DNA of 64,000 bases, taken from NCBI RefSeq assembly GCF_004010195.1, contig NC_057717.1, positions 106,391,127-106,455,126 on the forward strand, given 5' to 3'. This document shows positions 37,459-51,226 of the stretch, one piece after another. Every line of letters begins with the position of its first letter. Within the stretch, counting starts at the first letter, position 1. A model generated the notes under the pieces. The model worked only from the letters and a program-made list of their open reading frames with translations. It ran no database searches and was not told the DNA's origin. The stretch comes from Chiloscyllium plagiosum (taxonomy: Eukaryota). The position numbers and the translations under genes are program-made.

Positions 37459-40400
37459 GACGTGGGTTTCACAGGGGCAGGAATGGTTGCTTGATGTTCA
37501 AGGGTTTAGAATGTTTAAAAAGAACAGGGAGGGTGGAAAACAAGGAGGGGGTGGAGCATTGCTAATCCGAGAATGCATCACAGCTACAGAAACAAAGGTT
37601 GTTGAGGAAGGTCTGTCTACTGAGTCGTATGGGTGGAAGTTAGGAACAGCAAGGGAGCAGCCACCACATTGGGGTTTTCTACAGACCCCCAATAGCAGTA
37701 GGGAGATTGAAGAACACATAGGCGGGCAGATTCTAGAAAAATGCAGAGGTAGCAGGGTTGTAGTTATGGGTGATTTCAACTTTCCCAATATCGACTGGAA
37801 CCTCTTCAGTGCAGATAGTTTGGATGGAGCCGTTTTTGTCAGGTGTGTTCAGGAGGGTTTCCTTACTCAGTATGTAGACAGACCGATGAGGGGAGAGGTT
37901 ATTTTGGATTTGGTGCTCGGTACTGAGCCAGGACAGGTGTCAGATCTCGCGGTGGGAGAAACTTTAGTGACAGTGATCACAACTGCCTAAAATTTAACAT
38001 AGCCTTAGAGATGGAAAGGAGCAGTTACCGAGGGAAGATATTTAATTGGGGAAAAGGAAATTATGATGCTATCAGACAGGAGTTGGGAAGTACGGACTGG
38101 GAGCAATTGTTCCACAGAAAGGACACAGCAGACATGTGGAGACTGTTTAAGGAGCAGTTGTTGCGAGTGATGCACACATTTATTCCTCTGAGACAGATAA
38201 GAAGGGGTAAGATTAAGGAACCTTGGATGATGAGAACACAGGAACTTCTCGTCAAAAGGAAGAAGGCAGCTTACAAAGGTGGAGGAAGAAAGGATCCAAC
38301 ATAGCTCTAGAGGAGTACAGGCTTGCAAGAAAGGAGCTCATAAATGGACTGAGGAGAGCCAGGAGGGGGCATGAAAAAGGCTTGGCAAATAGGATTAGGG
38401 AGAACCCAAAGGCATTTTACTCATACGTGAGGAATAAGAGAATGATCAGGGAGAAGGTAGGGCCGATCAGGGATAGCGGAGGGAACTTGTGCATGGAGTC
38501 TGAGCAGATAGGGGAAGCCCTAAATGAGTATTTTGCTTCAGTTTTCTCCAAGGAAAGGGAGCTTGTTGTGAATGAGAACTTTGAGGAGCTAGGATACAGG
38601 CTTGACCAGATCAAGGTTGATGAAGTTGATGTGCTGGAAATTTTGGAAAACATTAACATTGATAAGTTCCCAGAGCCAGATTTATCCTAGGTTGCTTCAG
38701 GAAGCAAGAAAGGAGGTTGCTAAGCCGATGGCGAAGATCTTTGCCTCCTCACTCTCCAAGGAAGTCGTGCCAGAGGATTGGAAGGAGGCGAATGTTGTTT
38801 CTCTTTTCAAGAAGAGTAATAGCGAAATCCCTGGCAATTACAGACCAGTCAGTCTTATGTCTTTGGTCAGCAAAGTTTTGGAAAGAATTCTGAGGGATAG
38901 GATCTGAGACTATTTGGCAAAGCATAGCGTGATTAAAGGCAGTCAGCATGGCTTTGTGAGGGGCAGGTGAAAGTGAGGTCTGCAGATGCTGGAGATCAGA
39001 GCTGAAAATTTGTTGCTGGAAAAGCGCAGCAGGTCAGGCAGCATCCAGGGAACAGGAGAATCGACGTTTCGGGCATAAGCCCTGGTCATGCCTCACAAAT
39101 CTTATTAAGTTCTTCGAGGAGGTGACAAGACAGATCGACGAAGGTCGAACAGTGGATGTGGTGTATATGGACTTCAGCAAGGTATTTGATAAGTTCCCCA
39201 TGGTAGGCTCATTCATAAAGTCAGGAAGTATGGGATACAGGGAGATTTGGCTATCTGGATTCAGAATTGGCTGGCTGACAGACAGCAGAGAGTGGTTGTA
39301 GATGGAAAGTATTCTGCCTGGAGGTCAGTGTTGAGTGGGGTTCCGCAGGGCTCTGTTCTTGAGCCTCTGCTTTTACTAGTTTTTATAAATGACTTGGACG
39401 AGGTAGTTGAGGGGTGGGTTACCTCCCTGACCTATCACCTCCATCCCCACCCCCATTCACCTATTGTACTCTATGCTACTTTTTCCCCACCCTCCTCTCA
39501 TTTATCTCTCCACTCTGCAGGCACTCTGCCTCTATGACTGATGAAGGGCTTTTGCCCGAAACGTCGATTTTCCTGCTCCTCAGATGCTGCCTGAACTGCT
39601 ATGCTTTTCCAGCACCACTCTAATCGAGAACCTGTTGAACTATAACCTGGTGTTGGGTGATTCATAAGACTGATAAAAGCAGTCTAAATGGACTTCAGCA
39701 AAGTGTTCAACAAGGTTTCACAATTGGCTTGAAGGTAGGAGACAGAACATGGTGGTGAAGAGTTGTTTTTCAGACTGGAGGGCTATGATCAGCAGTGTGC
39801 CACAGGGATCAGTGCTGGATTCACAGGGTTTTGTCATTTATATAGAAGTTTTGGATCTGAATATAGCAAGTATGGTTGGTGAGTTTGTAGATGACACCAG
39901 AATTGGTTGCGTAGTGGACAGTGAATAAGATTATCTCAGAGTACAATGGGACCTTGGTCAGATAGGCCAATCGGCTGAGAAGTGGCAGATAGAGTTTAAG
40001 TTGGATAAATGTGAGGTATTGCATTTTGGCAAGCTAAGCAAGGGCATGAGTTATACAATTAATGATAGGGAGTACTGCCAAACAAAGAGACCTAGAGGTG
40101 GAGATGCATAGTCACTCGAAGTGTAATACATAGGTAGACAGGGTGGTGAAGAAGGAGTTTAGTATGCTTGTCTTCATTGGTCAGAACACTGAGTATAGGA
40201 GTTGGATGCCATGTTGTGGCTGTACAGGACATTGGTGAGGCCACTTTTAGAATACTGTTTACAATTCTGGTTATCCATCTATAGGAAGGATGTTGTTAAA
40301 CTTGAGAGGGTGCAGAAAAATTTACAAGGATGTTGCCGGGATTGGAGGGTTTGAGCTATAGGCAGAGACACAATACCATTGGAGGCTGAAGGTGATCTTG

Positions 40401-40772
40401 TAGAGGTTTATAAAATCCTAAGTGGCATAGATAGGGTGAATAGCCAAGGTCTTTTTCCCTGGGTAGGGGTGTCCAAAACTAGAGGGCATAGGTTTAAGGT
40501 GAAAGAGGAAAGATTTAAAAAGGACCTGAGGGATCACTTTTTCAAGCAGATGGTGGTGCGTGCATGGAACAAGCTGCCAGAGGAAACGATGGAGGTGGAT
40601 ACAATTCCAACATTTAAAAGGCTTCTGGATGGATATATGAATAGGAAGGGATCAGAGGAGATATGGACAAAATGGTGGCAAATGGGATTAGGTCAGATTG
40701 GGATGTCTAGTTGGTGAGGATGAGTGGACTGGAGGGTCTTTTTTCATGCTGTATGAATCTATGACTCTATGA
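37459..40772 (+). mobile_element. CR1 LINE ORF2 segments with nested PLE fragments (38967-39083, ~39420-39665)
   Basis: [26 protein letters not shown], tail tctatgactctatga. Confidence 0.92.
39538..39565 (+). ncRNA. Minimal hammerhead ribozyme motif (second PLE family)
   Basis: CTGATGA-A-GGGC TTTT GCCC-GAAA-CGTC. Confidence 0.7.
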
Positions 40773-42210
40773 GTTCCCAAGATAATTAAGAAGATTTTTA
40801 AAATATAAACACTTGAATCATGTTAGATTCCAAGGCTATGGGCTAACTGCCAGATAATGGATAAGAATAAATAGCTGTCTGATGATCGACATGGACACAA
40901 TGGGTCCAGTAGCCCCTTTCCCTGCTGTACAACTCTATGGTTCTAGATGGATGTTAAGTGGTGATGAGCTCAACAGGAACGGATAATTTTTTTGTTATGG
41001 TTCTTCGGGAAAAAACATTTTGGTTGTTGGCTAGAAACCTGTGGTGAATTCAGAAAAGCAAATAAGCCTGGATGGCAAAATGACCACAGTTTAGATAATT
41101 TTAATGTGAGGAGTATAATAAATAGGACAGACCAGCTGAGGGCAGTATGATACCATACATGGCTTAAAGAGGGTCAGGAAGGATTTCTGGCTCCAGAACT
41201 TTCCGACACGATAGAGAGGGATTAATCAGAAAACTGGGTAGCAATTGTGGTTGAAGAAACAATCATATTTTTAAGGAGGGATGACAAGTTGGAAGCATCA
41301 TCATATGAAGCCACATGGATTGCACTAAGTACCATAAAAAGGGCAGCTAAACTCTTGGGAATGTACAACAGACTTCGAGAGGGAGACAGAAGAACAAAGA
41401 TGTTGGCAAACTCGCAGAAGTGCAAAAACAACAAAGTAGTAATAGTTTGTTTTTTTTTACCTACCCCAATATTAACTGAAATAGTTTTAATGTGAAAAGA
41501 ATGGAGGGAACTGAATTCATTGAGTGCATTCATAGAGTCATAGAGATGTACAGCATGGAAACAGATCCTTCGGTCAAACCCGTCCATGCTGACCTGTTCA
41601 GAGGCATTCTTTCAATATTTGCTCTGGGAGTTGTAGTTTTTAAAATCAAAAACAATACTGTGCTCACTACAGAGATCACAGATACAGTTGATTAAAGCAA
41701 GTAAATGTGAATTGTCGAAGAAAAGATTCTTTGAAGTAGTCATGCTGAAGAATCCACACAAAATACACTGGGGTAAGTCCCCCAGCCCACTCCGCTCTGT
41801 GCTATGACAACAGGTTGAAAGGCAACAAGGCTGGCAATATAATGGGCAAGGTATCAGAATGGGAGGCCAAAATCCTCCTGTTACCATGACATATTGTCAG
41901 TAGCAGGAGAGGGCAGCCATTTAAATGGCTCATTTAAAGACCACTTCCTGCCCTCAGGCTTCCTGCAGCTTCCAGGGGAGGGTGGCTCTTCTTAAATGGT
42001 ACTGCATGGTCCATGCATTGAACTGCACATGTGTGGACTTTGGAAGTTGCTGTCTGAATACTCTTCAATGAAGGTAAGCTCTGATTACCTCATTTCTACG
42101 AAATGTGTCAATATGTTTTATTTTGTTTTTTGTTTTTACCTCTGGAAGTTACTCTGAATACGAAATAGATTCAGTGCCAATGTATTGACTGTGATTTGTT
42201 TACTTGGCAG

Positions 42211-42483
42211 TAAATGTGGCAGGACTTGACATTTGGATCGACGTAACCCCTCAAGTTCTGGAATTTGGAGACTCATTGAAGGCAAACTGCAGTACATCAT
42301 GTGTGGATTCAAACCTATTAATTGTCTTGGAATATAAATCAGGGCTAAGTCCTCAGAGAAAACGTGAAAGTACATGGATATCAGACTTCTTCCCAAATGT
42401 CACAGCATGGGATATTTCTGTCCCTTGTGTTGTGAGATGTAAGAATGAACACAACTCAGCCAAGAAAGTGGTCCCTGTTTACA
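42211..42483 (+). CDS. ICAM/VCAM-like gene D, N-terminal Ig domain (D1) exon
   Basis: ttggcag| acceptor and |gtaagt donor; 273 nt, phase 1-1, open. VNVAGLDIWIDVTPQVLEFGDSLKANCSTSC...IVLEYKSG...WDISVPCVVRC...VY shows the CxxxC...CxxxC four-cysteine ICAM N-terminal domain pattern. Confidence 0.9.
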
Positions 42484-42764
42484 GTAAGTGAAAATTATTG
42501 TAACAAAATAATTGTGAGTGATAGAGATTCCCTACTGGCTCAGTAAATATCTATTTTCCGTGGTTTAAATACTGGAATGCCGAAATAAATTAAGGCAAAT
42601 GGGATGTTTTAACACACATTGAAACTCAGCTAAGTGATATAGCCTAGTCATCTGCTGAAACCAGTAACCACACCAATTCCCTTAGAATAAGTTTGTTTCC
42701 ATCAGGTTTCACCTTCTTCCTGCCTTGTGTCCATTTTAAGCCTTTGCATTCCACAATTACGATA

Positions 42765-42955
42765 TGGAGTTGCCAGTGTTGGACTGGGATGGACAATGTC
42801 AGAAGTCGATTGACACCAGGTTATAGTCCAACAGGTTTATTTGAAATCACAAGCTTTTGGGGTGTTGCCCCTTCACTTCATCTGATGAAGCAGCAATGCT
42901 CCAAAAGCTTGTGGGTTTAAATAAACCTGTTGGACTATAACCTGGTGTCGTCTGA
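42765..42955. mobile_element. PLE-derived short inverted-repeat insertion
   Basis: acaccaggttatagtccaacaggtttattt ... aaataaacctgttggactataacctggtgt. Confidence 0.8.
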
Positions 42956-43349
42956 CATTCTGCAATTAGTTATTTTCCTCAGAGTAGGAACTTCAAAATG
43001 AAATTCATTATCTCAAAAAACAACTACTGCCTGCTTTAAAACAAACACACAAATCCTTCACTCTCTATCTCTGTAATCTCCTCCAGCCCAATAAACCTCT
43101 GATCTCTGCACTGTTCTAATTCAGGCATTTGGTTCATCTCGAATTTTATCACCACTATTGCAAACTGTGCCTTCAATTGCCAAGTTGTTAGGCTCTGGAA
43201 TCACTCCCTTAACCTCAATCTTTCTCTCTCTCCTCCTGTAAGGCACTCTCTAGATCATACCCTCTTTCAATCATCTGCCCCAATACCTCCTCATGTAACT
43301 TGGTGTTAACCATTCATGGGGAAATTGAAGCTCCAGTATTTATAGTCAA

Positions 43350-46300
43350 TGTAACAGTAGTGATTGTAACAAGGTCAGCCAAATGGACACTATACAATAT
43401 AAGTTCACTGGCTGGGGCTGTTAATCAGGAGTATTCCGTTCATTCTGAGAGCTGGCTCTGAGAGATCCAGATCAGTGTCAAAGACTATCCACATGTAAAT
43501 AAAGGGTGACTCCACGATGGCTTACTGGCTTATGTGAAGTAATTTCAGTGGCAATGAGAAGAAATCCTGAAGAAATTCACTCACAATAGTTATCTCTGAA
43601 TTGGCATAAGCATTTCTGATATTGTGTCATTATTTAGGAAGCTTGACTCATTTGATCCTGCCATCAAAGACTGGGCCCTGTATGCGGAAAGAATGCATTA
43701 TTGCTTTCTGGGCAAATGATATTGGGGCAGATGAAAAGCAATGAGTAATACTCTTGACAGTTCGTAGATCTACAGCTTTTTTGGTTATTAGGTACCTAAC
43801 TTTTCTTGAAGCATCAGATTTTAACTTTCCAAACATCACTTGGGACTGCCATCGTGTTAAAGGTTTAGATGGAGAGGAATTTCTTAAGCGTGTACAAGAC
43901 AATTTTCTGATTCAGTTTGTGGACGTACCTACTAGAGAAGGTGTAAAACTTGACCTACTCTTGGGAAATAAGACAGAGCAGGTGACTGAGGTGTCAGTGG
44001 GGGAGACTTTGGGGCCAGTGAACATAATTCTTTTCGCTTTAAAATAGTGATGGAAAAGGATAGACCAGATCTAAAAGTTGAAGTTCTAAATTGGAGAAAG
44101 GCCAATTTTGACGACATTAGGCAAGAACTTTCGAAAGCTGATTGGAGGCAGATGTTCACAGGTAAAGGGACAGCTGGAAAATGGGAAGCCTTCAGAAATG
44201 AGATAACAAGAATCCAGAGAAAGTATATTCCTGTCAGGGTGAAAGAGAAGGCTGGTAGGTATAGGGAATGCTGGATGACTAAAGAAATTTAGGGTTTGGT
44301 TAAGAAAAAGAAGGAAGCATATGTCAGGTATAGACAGGAGAGATCGAGTGAATCCTTAGAAGAGTATAAAGGAAGTAGGAATATACTTAAGAGGAAATCA
44401 GGAGGGCAAAACGGGGACATGAGATAGCTTTGGCATATAGAATTAAGGAGAATCCAAAGGGCTTTTACAAATATATTAAGGACAAAAGGGTAACCAGGGA
44501 GAGAATAGGGCCCCTCAAAGATCAGCAAGGCGGCTTTTGTGTGGAGCCACAGAAAATGGGGAGATACTAAATGAATACTTTGCACCAGTATTTACTGTGG
44601 AAAAGGATATGGAAAATATAGACTTTAGGGAAAAGGATGGTGACATCGTGAAAAATGTCCAGATTACAGAGGAGGAAGTGTTGGATGCCTTGAAATGGTT
44701 AAAGGTGGATTAATCCCCAGGACCTGATCAGGTGTACCTGAGAACACTGTGGGAAGCTAGAGAAGTCATTGCTGAGCCTCTTGCTGAGATATTTGTATCA
44801 TCGATAGTCACAGGTGAGGTGCCGGAAGACTGGAGGTTGGCTAAAGTGGTGCCATTGTTTAAGAAGGGCAGTAAAGACAAGCCAGGGAACTATAGACCAG
44901 TGAGCCTGACCTCTGTATTGGACAAGTTCCTGGAGAGAATCCTGAGGGACAGGATGTACATGTATTTGGAAAGGCAAGGACTGATTTGGGATAGTCAACA
45001 TGGCTTTGTGCGTGGGAAATCATATCTCACAACTTGATTGAGTTTTTTGAAGAGGTAACAAAGAAGATTGATGAGGGCAGAGCAGTAGATGTGATCTCTA
45101 TGGACTTCAGTAAGGCGTTCGACAAAGTTCCACGTGGGACACTGATTAGCAAGGTTAGATCTCATGGAATACAGGGAGAACTAGCCATTTGAATACAGAA
45201 CTGGCTCAAAGCTGGAAGACAGAGGGTGGAAGAGGAGGGTTGTTTTTCAGACTGGAGGCCTGTGACCAGTGGAGTGCCACAAGGATTGGTGCTGGGCCCT
45301 CTACTTTTTGTCATTTACATAAATGATTTGGATGCAAGCATAAAAGGTACAGTTAGAAAGTTTGCAGATGACACCAAAATTGGAGGTGTAGTGGACAGTG
45401 AAGAGGGTTACCTCAGATTACAACAGGATCTGGACCAGATGGGCCAATGGAATGAGAAGTGGCAGATGGAGTTTAATTCAGATAAATGTGAGGTGCTGCA
45501 TTTTGGGAAAGCAAATCTTAGCAGGACTTATACTTATAAAGATTTACAAAATTATGAGGGGCATAGATAGGATAAATAGACAAAGTCTTTTCCCTGGGGT
45601 TGGGGAGTCCAGAACTCGAGGGCATAGGTTTAGGGTGAGAGGGGAAAGATATAAAGGAGACTTAAGGGGCAACGTTTTCACGCAGAGGGTGGTACCTGTA
45701 TGGAATGAGCTGCCAGAGGATGTGGAGGCTGGTACAATTGCAACATCTAAGAGGCATTTGGATCTGTATCAGGATTTTTGACTAGTTAAGATGACTGGCA
45801 GAGGCTTGTGACTTTGGTTAATCCTTAATGAGATGCTGAGAGACCATTTGGTCTGTGGGATTAATGATGTGAGCATGCAAAAACACTTAGTAACTGAAGC
45901 TCAGCTGGAGTTTAAACAAGCAAAACCAATGGCTTTATCATTGGAAAATGCAGTAAGCGGAGTACCTAAGTTGCAAGGTATTCTGATGGAAATGGCACCT
46001 TTGCCAGTCCAATTGAACATGTGAGTGAAGGCAGTTACAAAGCATCACTCAAGTCATATCCTAACAGCTGACACCACAGCAAAACCCCAAAACAAACTCA
46101 AGCCTTTGCCAAACAGTTAAACTTTTCTCGAGGCTCCAGGCTGAGCCATTGTAGTTGTTATTGGTATGCATACCTGAGAGAGCAAAAGAATCCCACTGGG
46201 TCTGAATTAAGTAACAGAGCTCATAGGCCAATACCTAGAAGTATGCACACCAAGGGATGTCCACCTACATCTGATTTGGAACCATTAAATTGGTTAGCAA

Positions 46301-49300
46301 CATTCAAAACAAAACCAATCAAAATAAATGTCTGGTTAAATGGTCACCTGGTTCTTTTGGAGGTCGATACTAGCACAGCTATTTTAATGTTTGCAGAGCC
46401 GGTCTTTAACAAAATTCACTCTCGACTCCGGGTTTGCACAAGACCTCAGTTTGACTGAGAGCCTTTCCCAGAGAACCTTTACAGATAAAAGTTACAACTT
46501 TGTTTCCGGTCTCTTATAAGAAGAAGCTGGTTCAGTTACCACTGATTGTAGTGAAAGGGTCAGGCCAAGCTTGATGGGCAAAATTAGTTAAGAAAGACTC
46601 AACTTGACTGACTCAACATTTTTCAGTTAGAAATGGCTGTGTCAGTGAAATAAGTCCTAATTAAATACCCGGATGTTTATCAGGAAGGTCTAGGTAGTAT
46701 CAAAGGAGCCAAGGCCTCCTTGCATGAGGACCAGGAAGCAATTCCATGATTCTGCAAGGCTTGCCCAGTGCTATTTGCCTTACTTGCAAAAGTAGAGGCA
46801 GAAATGAGGAGGTTGCAAAACAAAGTAATCATCAAACCAATCCAATTTGTGGACTGGGCAGCCCAGTAATAGCTGAAGCCCAGTAATTGTGAAGCTTGAC
46901 AGATTGGTTTACGTTTGTGGGTGAACATTTTAAACAAATGGTGAACTGCGTTTAGTAGCAGGATAAATACCCAATCCCTCACACTAAGGATTTATATGCA
47001 AAGCCAGCAGGGGTGAACATGGACATGAGCCATGCGTATTTGCAAGTGAGGTCAGACGACGACTGTCAGAAGCATGTTACAGTTATTATCCATAATGGTT
47101 TGTACCAATGAATGACACTGCCATTTGGGGTATCATCAGCCGGTGCCATTTCTCAGTGGACGATGGAGAACATTTTAAAGGGTTTACCCAAATCCCCATC
47201 TACCAAGACGATTTGCTAATAAAAGGGAAGACTAATAAGAAGCACTTTGAGAACTTGGATATAGTCCTTAGACATTTCTCCCAGGTGGGCGTATGCCTTG
47301 GAAGGGAAGAATGTTGGTTTCAGGCATCCCAAGTGACCTCGTGGGCAAGACCGGGTAACACTTGGAAGCTGAAGTGAGGGTGATCAAAGATGCCCCAGCT
47401 CCCAACTCAGTATCAGAACTTAGGTCTTTCCTTGGGCTGGTGAACTATTCCGGATAGTTCATACATAATGTGGCCTCCATCCTAGCACCTTTGAAATCAA
47501 CTCTTTAAAAAGAGTTAGCCTTGGAAATGGTCATGCAGCCAAGCCATAGTTTTCAGGGAAGTCAAAAAACAGCTATCATCCTGTAAGTCATATTAAGATT
47601 CTAAACGGGATCTGGTACTGACATGCGATGCCCTGATGGAGAATGAAGGTTTGGCAGTGATGTTTGGAGTCAGGATGTTCCACCAATACTTTGACAGACA
47701 TAAATTTGTAATAATAACAGACCACAAACCCTTCTAGGTCTACTTAAAGAGGACAAGATGTGGAGGTGGTGGTGTTGGACTGGGGAGGAATACGTTCAAA
47801 ATTGCACAACACCAGGTTGTAGTCCCAACAGATTTATTTGGATGTACTTGCTTTCAGAGTGCTGCCCCTTATAGCTACAAATTATGATCCTGCCCCACTA
47901 GTTACCTGCTTAAAGAGGACAAGATGTGGAGGTGTCAGTATTGGACTGGGAGGACTACATTAAAAATCACACAACACCAGTTTATAGTCCAATAGGGTTA
48001 TTTGGATGTACTTGCTTTCAGAGTGCTGCCCCTTATAGCTACAAATTATGATCCTGCCCCACTAGTTACCTGAAAGCTAGTACTTCCAAATAAAGCTGTT
48101 GGACTATAAACTGGTGTTGTGTGATTTTTAACTGAAGAGGACAAGGCAGTGCTGCTCACAGCTTCACACTGAATTCAGCGGTGGGCTCTAGTTATAAGTC
48201 TGTACAATTACAGGTTGGAACACTGTCTGGGAGGCCAAGGAGCAAATGTAGTTGCACTGAACCGCCTCCTGCTGGAAGGTACACCACCGGTGGGACCACT
48301 ACAAGAAGAGTCCACTCTGGTATTAAACTTTTTGGACACACTTCCAGTCACAGCTGACAATATCAGACTCTGGACAAAGATCCAGTCCTGGCAAAACTGA
48401 ACCAGCTGGTGGTGATGGGGGAGGAAGCCAAAGGGCCATCACAATCAGAATTGAAATGTTTCTGGACCTAGAGAGATCAGATCACAGTCGAGGACAGCAT
48501 TTTATTATGGGGAGCAAGAGTGGTTGTTCGTAGCAAGGGTCAGCACCAAGATACTGACTGAACTCCACAGGGGTGTACAAGGGTTTCCAAAATGAAGACA
48601 TTGATGAGAAGTTATTGGATTGGAGGATTGGATACAGACAAAGCTGCATTGGTGGGGCAATACACACAAGGACAAAAATCACCAAAAGCACTCCCCACAT
48701 TTGTGGAAATGGTTGGGTAAACACTGGATTCGGTTACACTTTGACTATGCAGCTCCTTTCATGGGCTCAATGTCCTTAGTCTTTTTGGATATCCACTCAA
48801 AATGGCTGGATATGTGTAGAGTTAATTTGTCTTACACATGGATGATGACAGAGTACTGCAAATATTTTACAATACGTGGACTGTTCGAGATGTTGGTCAC
48901 AGATAACAGACTATCATTTCAAGCAGGGGACTTGACTATTTCCTAAAGCCGAATGATATGCATCACATAAGACAGCTCTGAGCCATTCCATCATCCAATG
49001 GTCGGGCAGAAAAACCATTTCAAATTTTGTAGGCAGGCTAAAAGAAATAGCCTACAGCTTCACTCGATACCAAACTGTCCCAGTTCCTGTTTGACTATCG
49101 ACCCATCCCTCATGCAACTACAGGGATAGCTCCAGCAGAGTTGCTAATGGGTAGAAGACTCCACAACAGGTTAAACCTGATCTTCCTAGTCTTGAGGGGA
49201 GGGTGAAATGGCATCAGAAACATCAATGCTGGACACAATGCTCCACTAAATGAGAGAGACAGTTTACTTTAGGGCTCAAAGTTTGGTGTAGGAACCGTGG

Positions 49301-50046
49301 GAATGGCCTTGAATGCGCTGGAGGCACAGTCAATGTAAGGTCAGGTCCAGTGATGTCTAAGGTTTGGATAGGTGCAACAGTCCTGAACAAGTACATGGAT
49401 CATATGAAAGCTGCAAACATTGCAGGAGCAAAATGTGCCCTGCTCTTCGCTGCCTTTCTGACTGTTCAAAAACTCATGGGGTCTCTGTCTCCGGTAAGCA
49501 TTTAAGGTACTACAGAATCTGAGGTGGATGTCACTGTCTCAATGCCTTTGCCACCTAAAGAGGAGAATAAAGAGGGAGGGATGTAATAATTGTAATGAGG
49601 TCAGCCAGGTGGACATCATAGAAACTGAAACAACTGCAGATGGTGTAAATCAGAAAAAAAATCAAAATTGCTGGAAAAGCTCAGCAAGTCTTGCAGCATC
49701 TGTGGAGAGAAATCAGAGTTAATATTTCCTGTCAAATGACCCTTCCTCAGAACAGGGAAAGGGTCACTTGACCCCAAACATTAGGTCTGATTTGTCTCCA
49801 CAGATGCTGCCTGACCTGCTGAGTTTTTCCAGCAATCTTGATTTTTGTTTCTGGGTATCATAGAATGAGTTCCCTGATTAGGCTCTTTATCTGGTCCAAT
49901 CAGGGAGCCGTGGCTGACAGGTATAAACAGGAGTGTCAGAGGTTCTGATCACTCTGAGAGCTGGCCCTGACGGAGATGGATTAGTCTCCATGTGTAAATA
50001 AAGGGTGACTTGGTGACAGGATACCGGCCTCTGTTGAAATATTTTA
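43350..50046 (+). mobile_element. Degenerate Gypsy/Ty3 LTR retrotransposon in the D1-D2 intron
   Basis: LTRs 43350-43547 and 49582-50046 (shared gtaaataaagggtgact, ctgagagctggc); PBS-like gtggcaatgag; PPT 49567-49580; gag (EMLRDHLVCGIND), protease (LEVDTSTA), RT/RNase H and integrase (HFDYAAPFMG) remnants. Confidence 0.9.
43816..45762 (+). mobile_element. CR1 LINE nested in the Gypsy gag region
   Basis: DFNFPNITW...NYRPVSLTS...GVPQG...KFADDTK. Confidence 0.93.
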
Positions 50047-50177
50047 CTAACCTTTTGTCGAATGTGTACACACACTTACATCTCTTATGTATCTGAGTAA
50101 ATGTGTGGGGAAATGGAACATGGTCCTCAGGTACACTATTTCAGTGAAACCTGTTAACTGTGATTCTCCTTTAACAG

Positions 50178-50492
50178 ATCGAGAGATAAGCATTACAGTA
50201 CTTCCTGAAGTACTGGAGATTAACAGAACATATCGTCTGGAGTGCATTGGCCCAAGAGTCTATCCAAACAACAAACTCATTCTCACATGGCTGAGAGGGA
50301 GTGAGATTGTCCAGAGAGATTCCACAGGTGAACTAGGTCTTCCGGATGAAGATAAAAGGTTGAGAAATGTCTTCAATTTCGTTGCGAGTCGATCAGATGA
50401 TGGACAGGAGTACACCTGCTTGGCTGAAGTGGACTTGGACTCTAATACCACAAAGTCAATCACAAACTCTTCTGTCACACTGCAAACTTACG
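50178..50492 (+). CDS. ICAM/VCAM-like gene D, Ig domain 2 exon
   Basis: ttaacag| and |gtgagt; 315 nt, phase 1-1, open. YRLECIGPRVYPNNKLILTWLRG...SRSDDGQEYTCLAEVDL...TLQTY is typical of ICAM/VCAM D2. Confidence 0.9.
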
Positions 50493-51226
50493 GTGAGTTC
50501 CAATTGCTCAAGATATTACAGACAAAAAAAAACTTATCTTGTATTATGGTGCAAATATCCAGTAAATGTAAATGTTTGCTTTAAGTCAGCCAGAGCATGT
50601 GCAAACCATAGTTTGACAGTGAAGGCCTACAATCATTTTGCAATCACTTTCTTTTTTACCATGCTGAGTCTTAATAATATAATTCCAAAACATATTCAAG
50701 GCCCATTCTGATTCCTGAGGCTTGAGTTTCAAACTGGGAACATTAAGTGGGGACAGAAGCTGCTACTGGCTCAGTCAGGGAATCCAGAATTGACGTGCTC
50801 TGTCCCTTCCAATACCTGGGTCATTTCCAGGTCCTAATCTCATGCCATACACTGACACAAAGCACATCATTTCCAGAATCCATAACTGAAACCAGTAGCA
50901 GCTTCTGCCCCCAGTTAATGTCACTAAGCACCTGGTGAAGATGGGAACTGACTGCTGAGCACGACCCTCAAAGGCAGTCTGCAGCAATGGGCGAGCTACT
51001 GCTTTGCAAAACTGAGAAAGCAGTAGAGAGAAGGGTTAGCAGACTTTTAGTGCAGAGAAGATGGCAATCAGCCAATACACATGAAAAACCCATTATTAAA
51101 AACTGTTCTTCCTCATTGTGGTAACCCCAACAAAGTACACCGGAATCACTAATTAATCTCCTCATGGAGCTTGTTGAGTATAAGTTCCCTTGGTAACAGG
51201 CAATGGCCTGCCGAACTGGAACTCAA

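Noticed and set aside
41990-42073. Candidate signal exon of gene D (aag|gtaagc donor at 42073)
   Set aside because: The phase-1 frame contains stops and the ATG frame is phase 0; it may be a non-coding exon. The real signal exon was not located.
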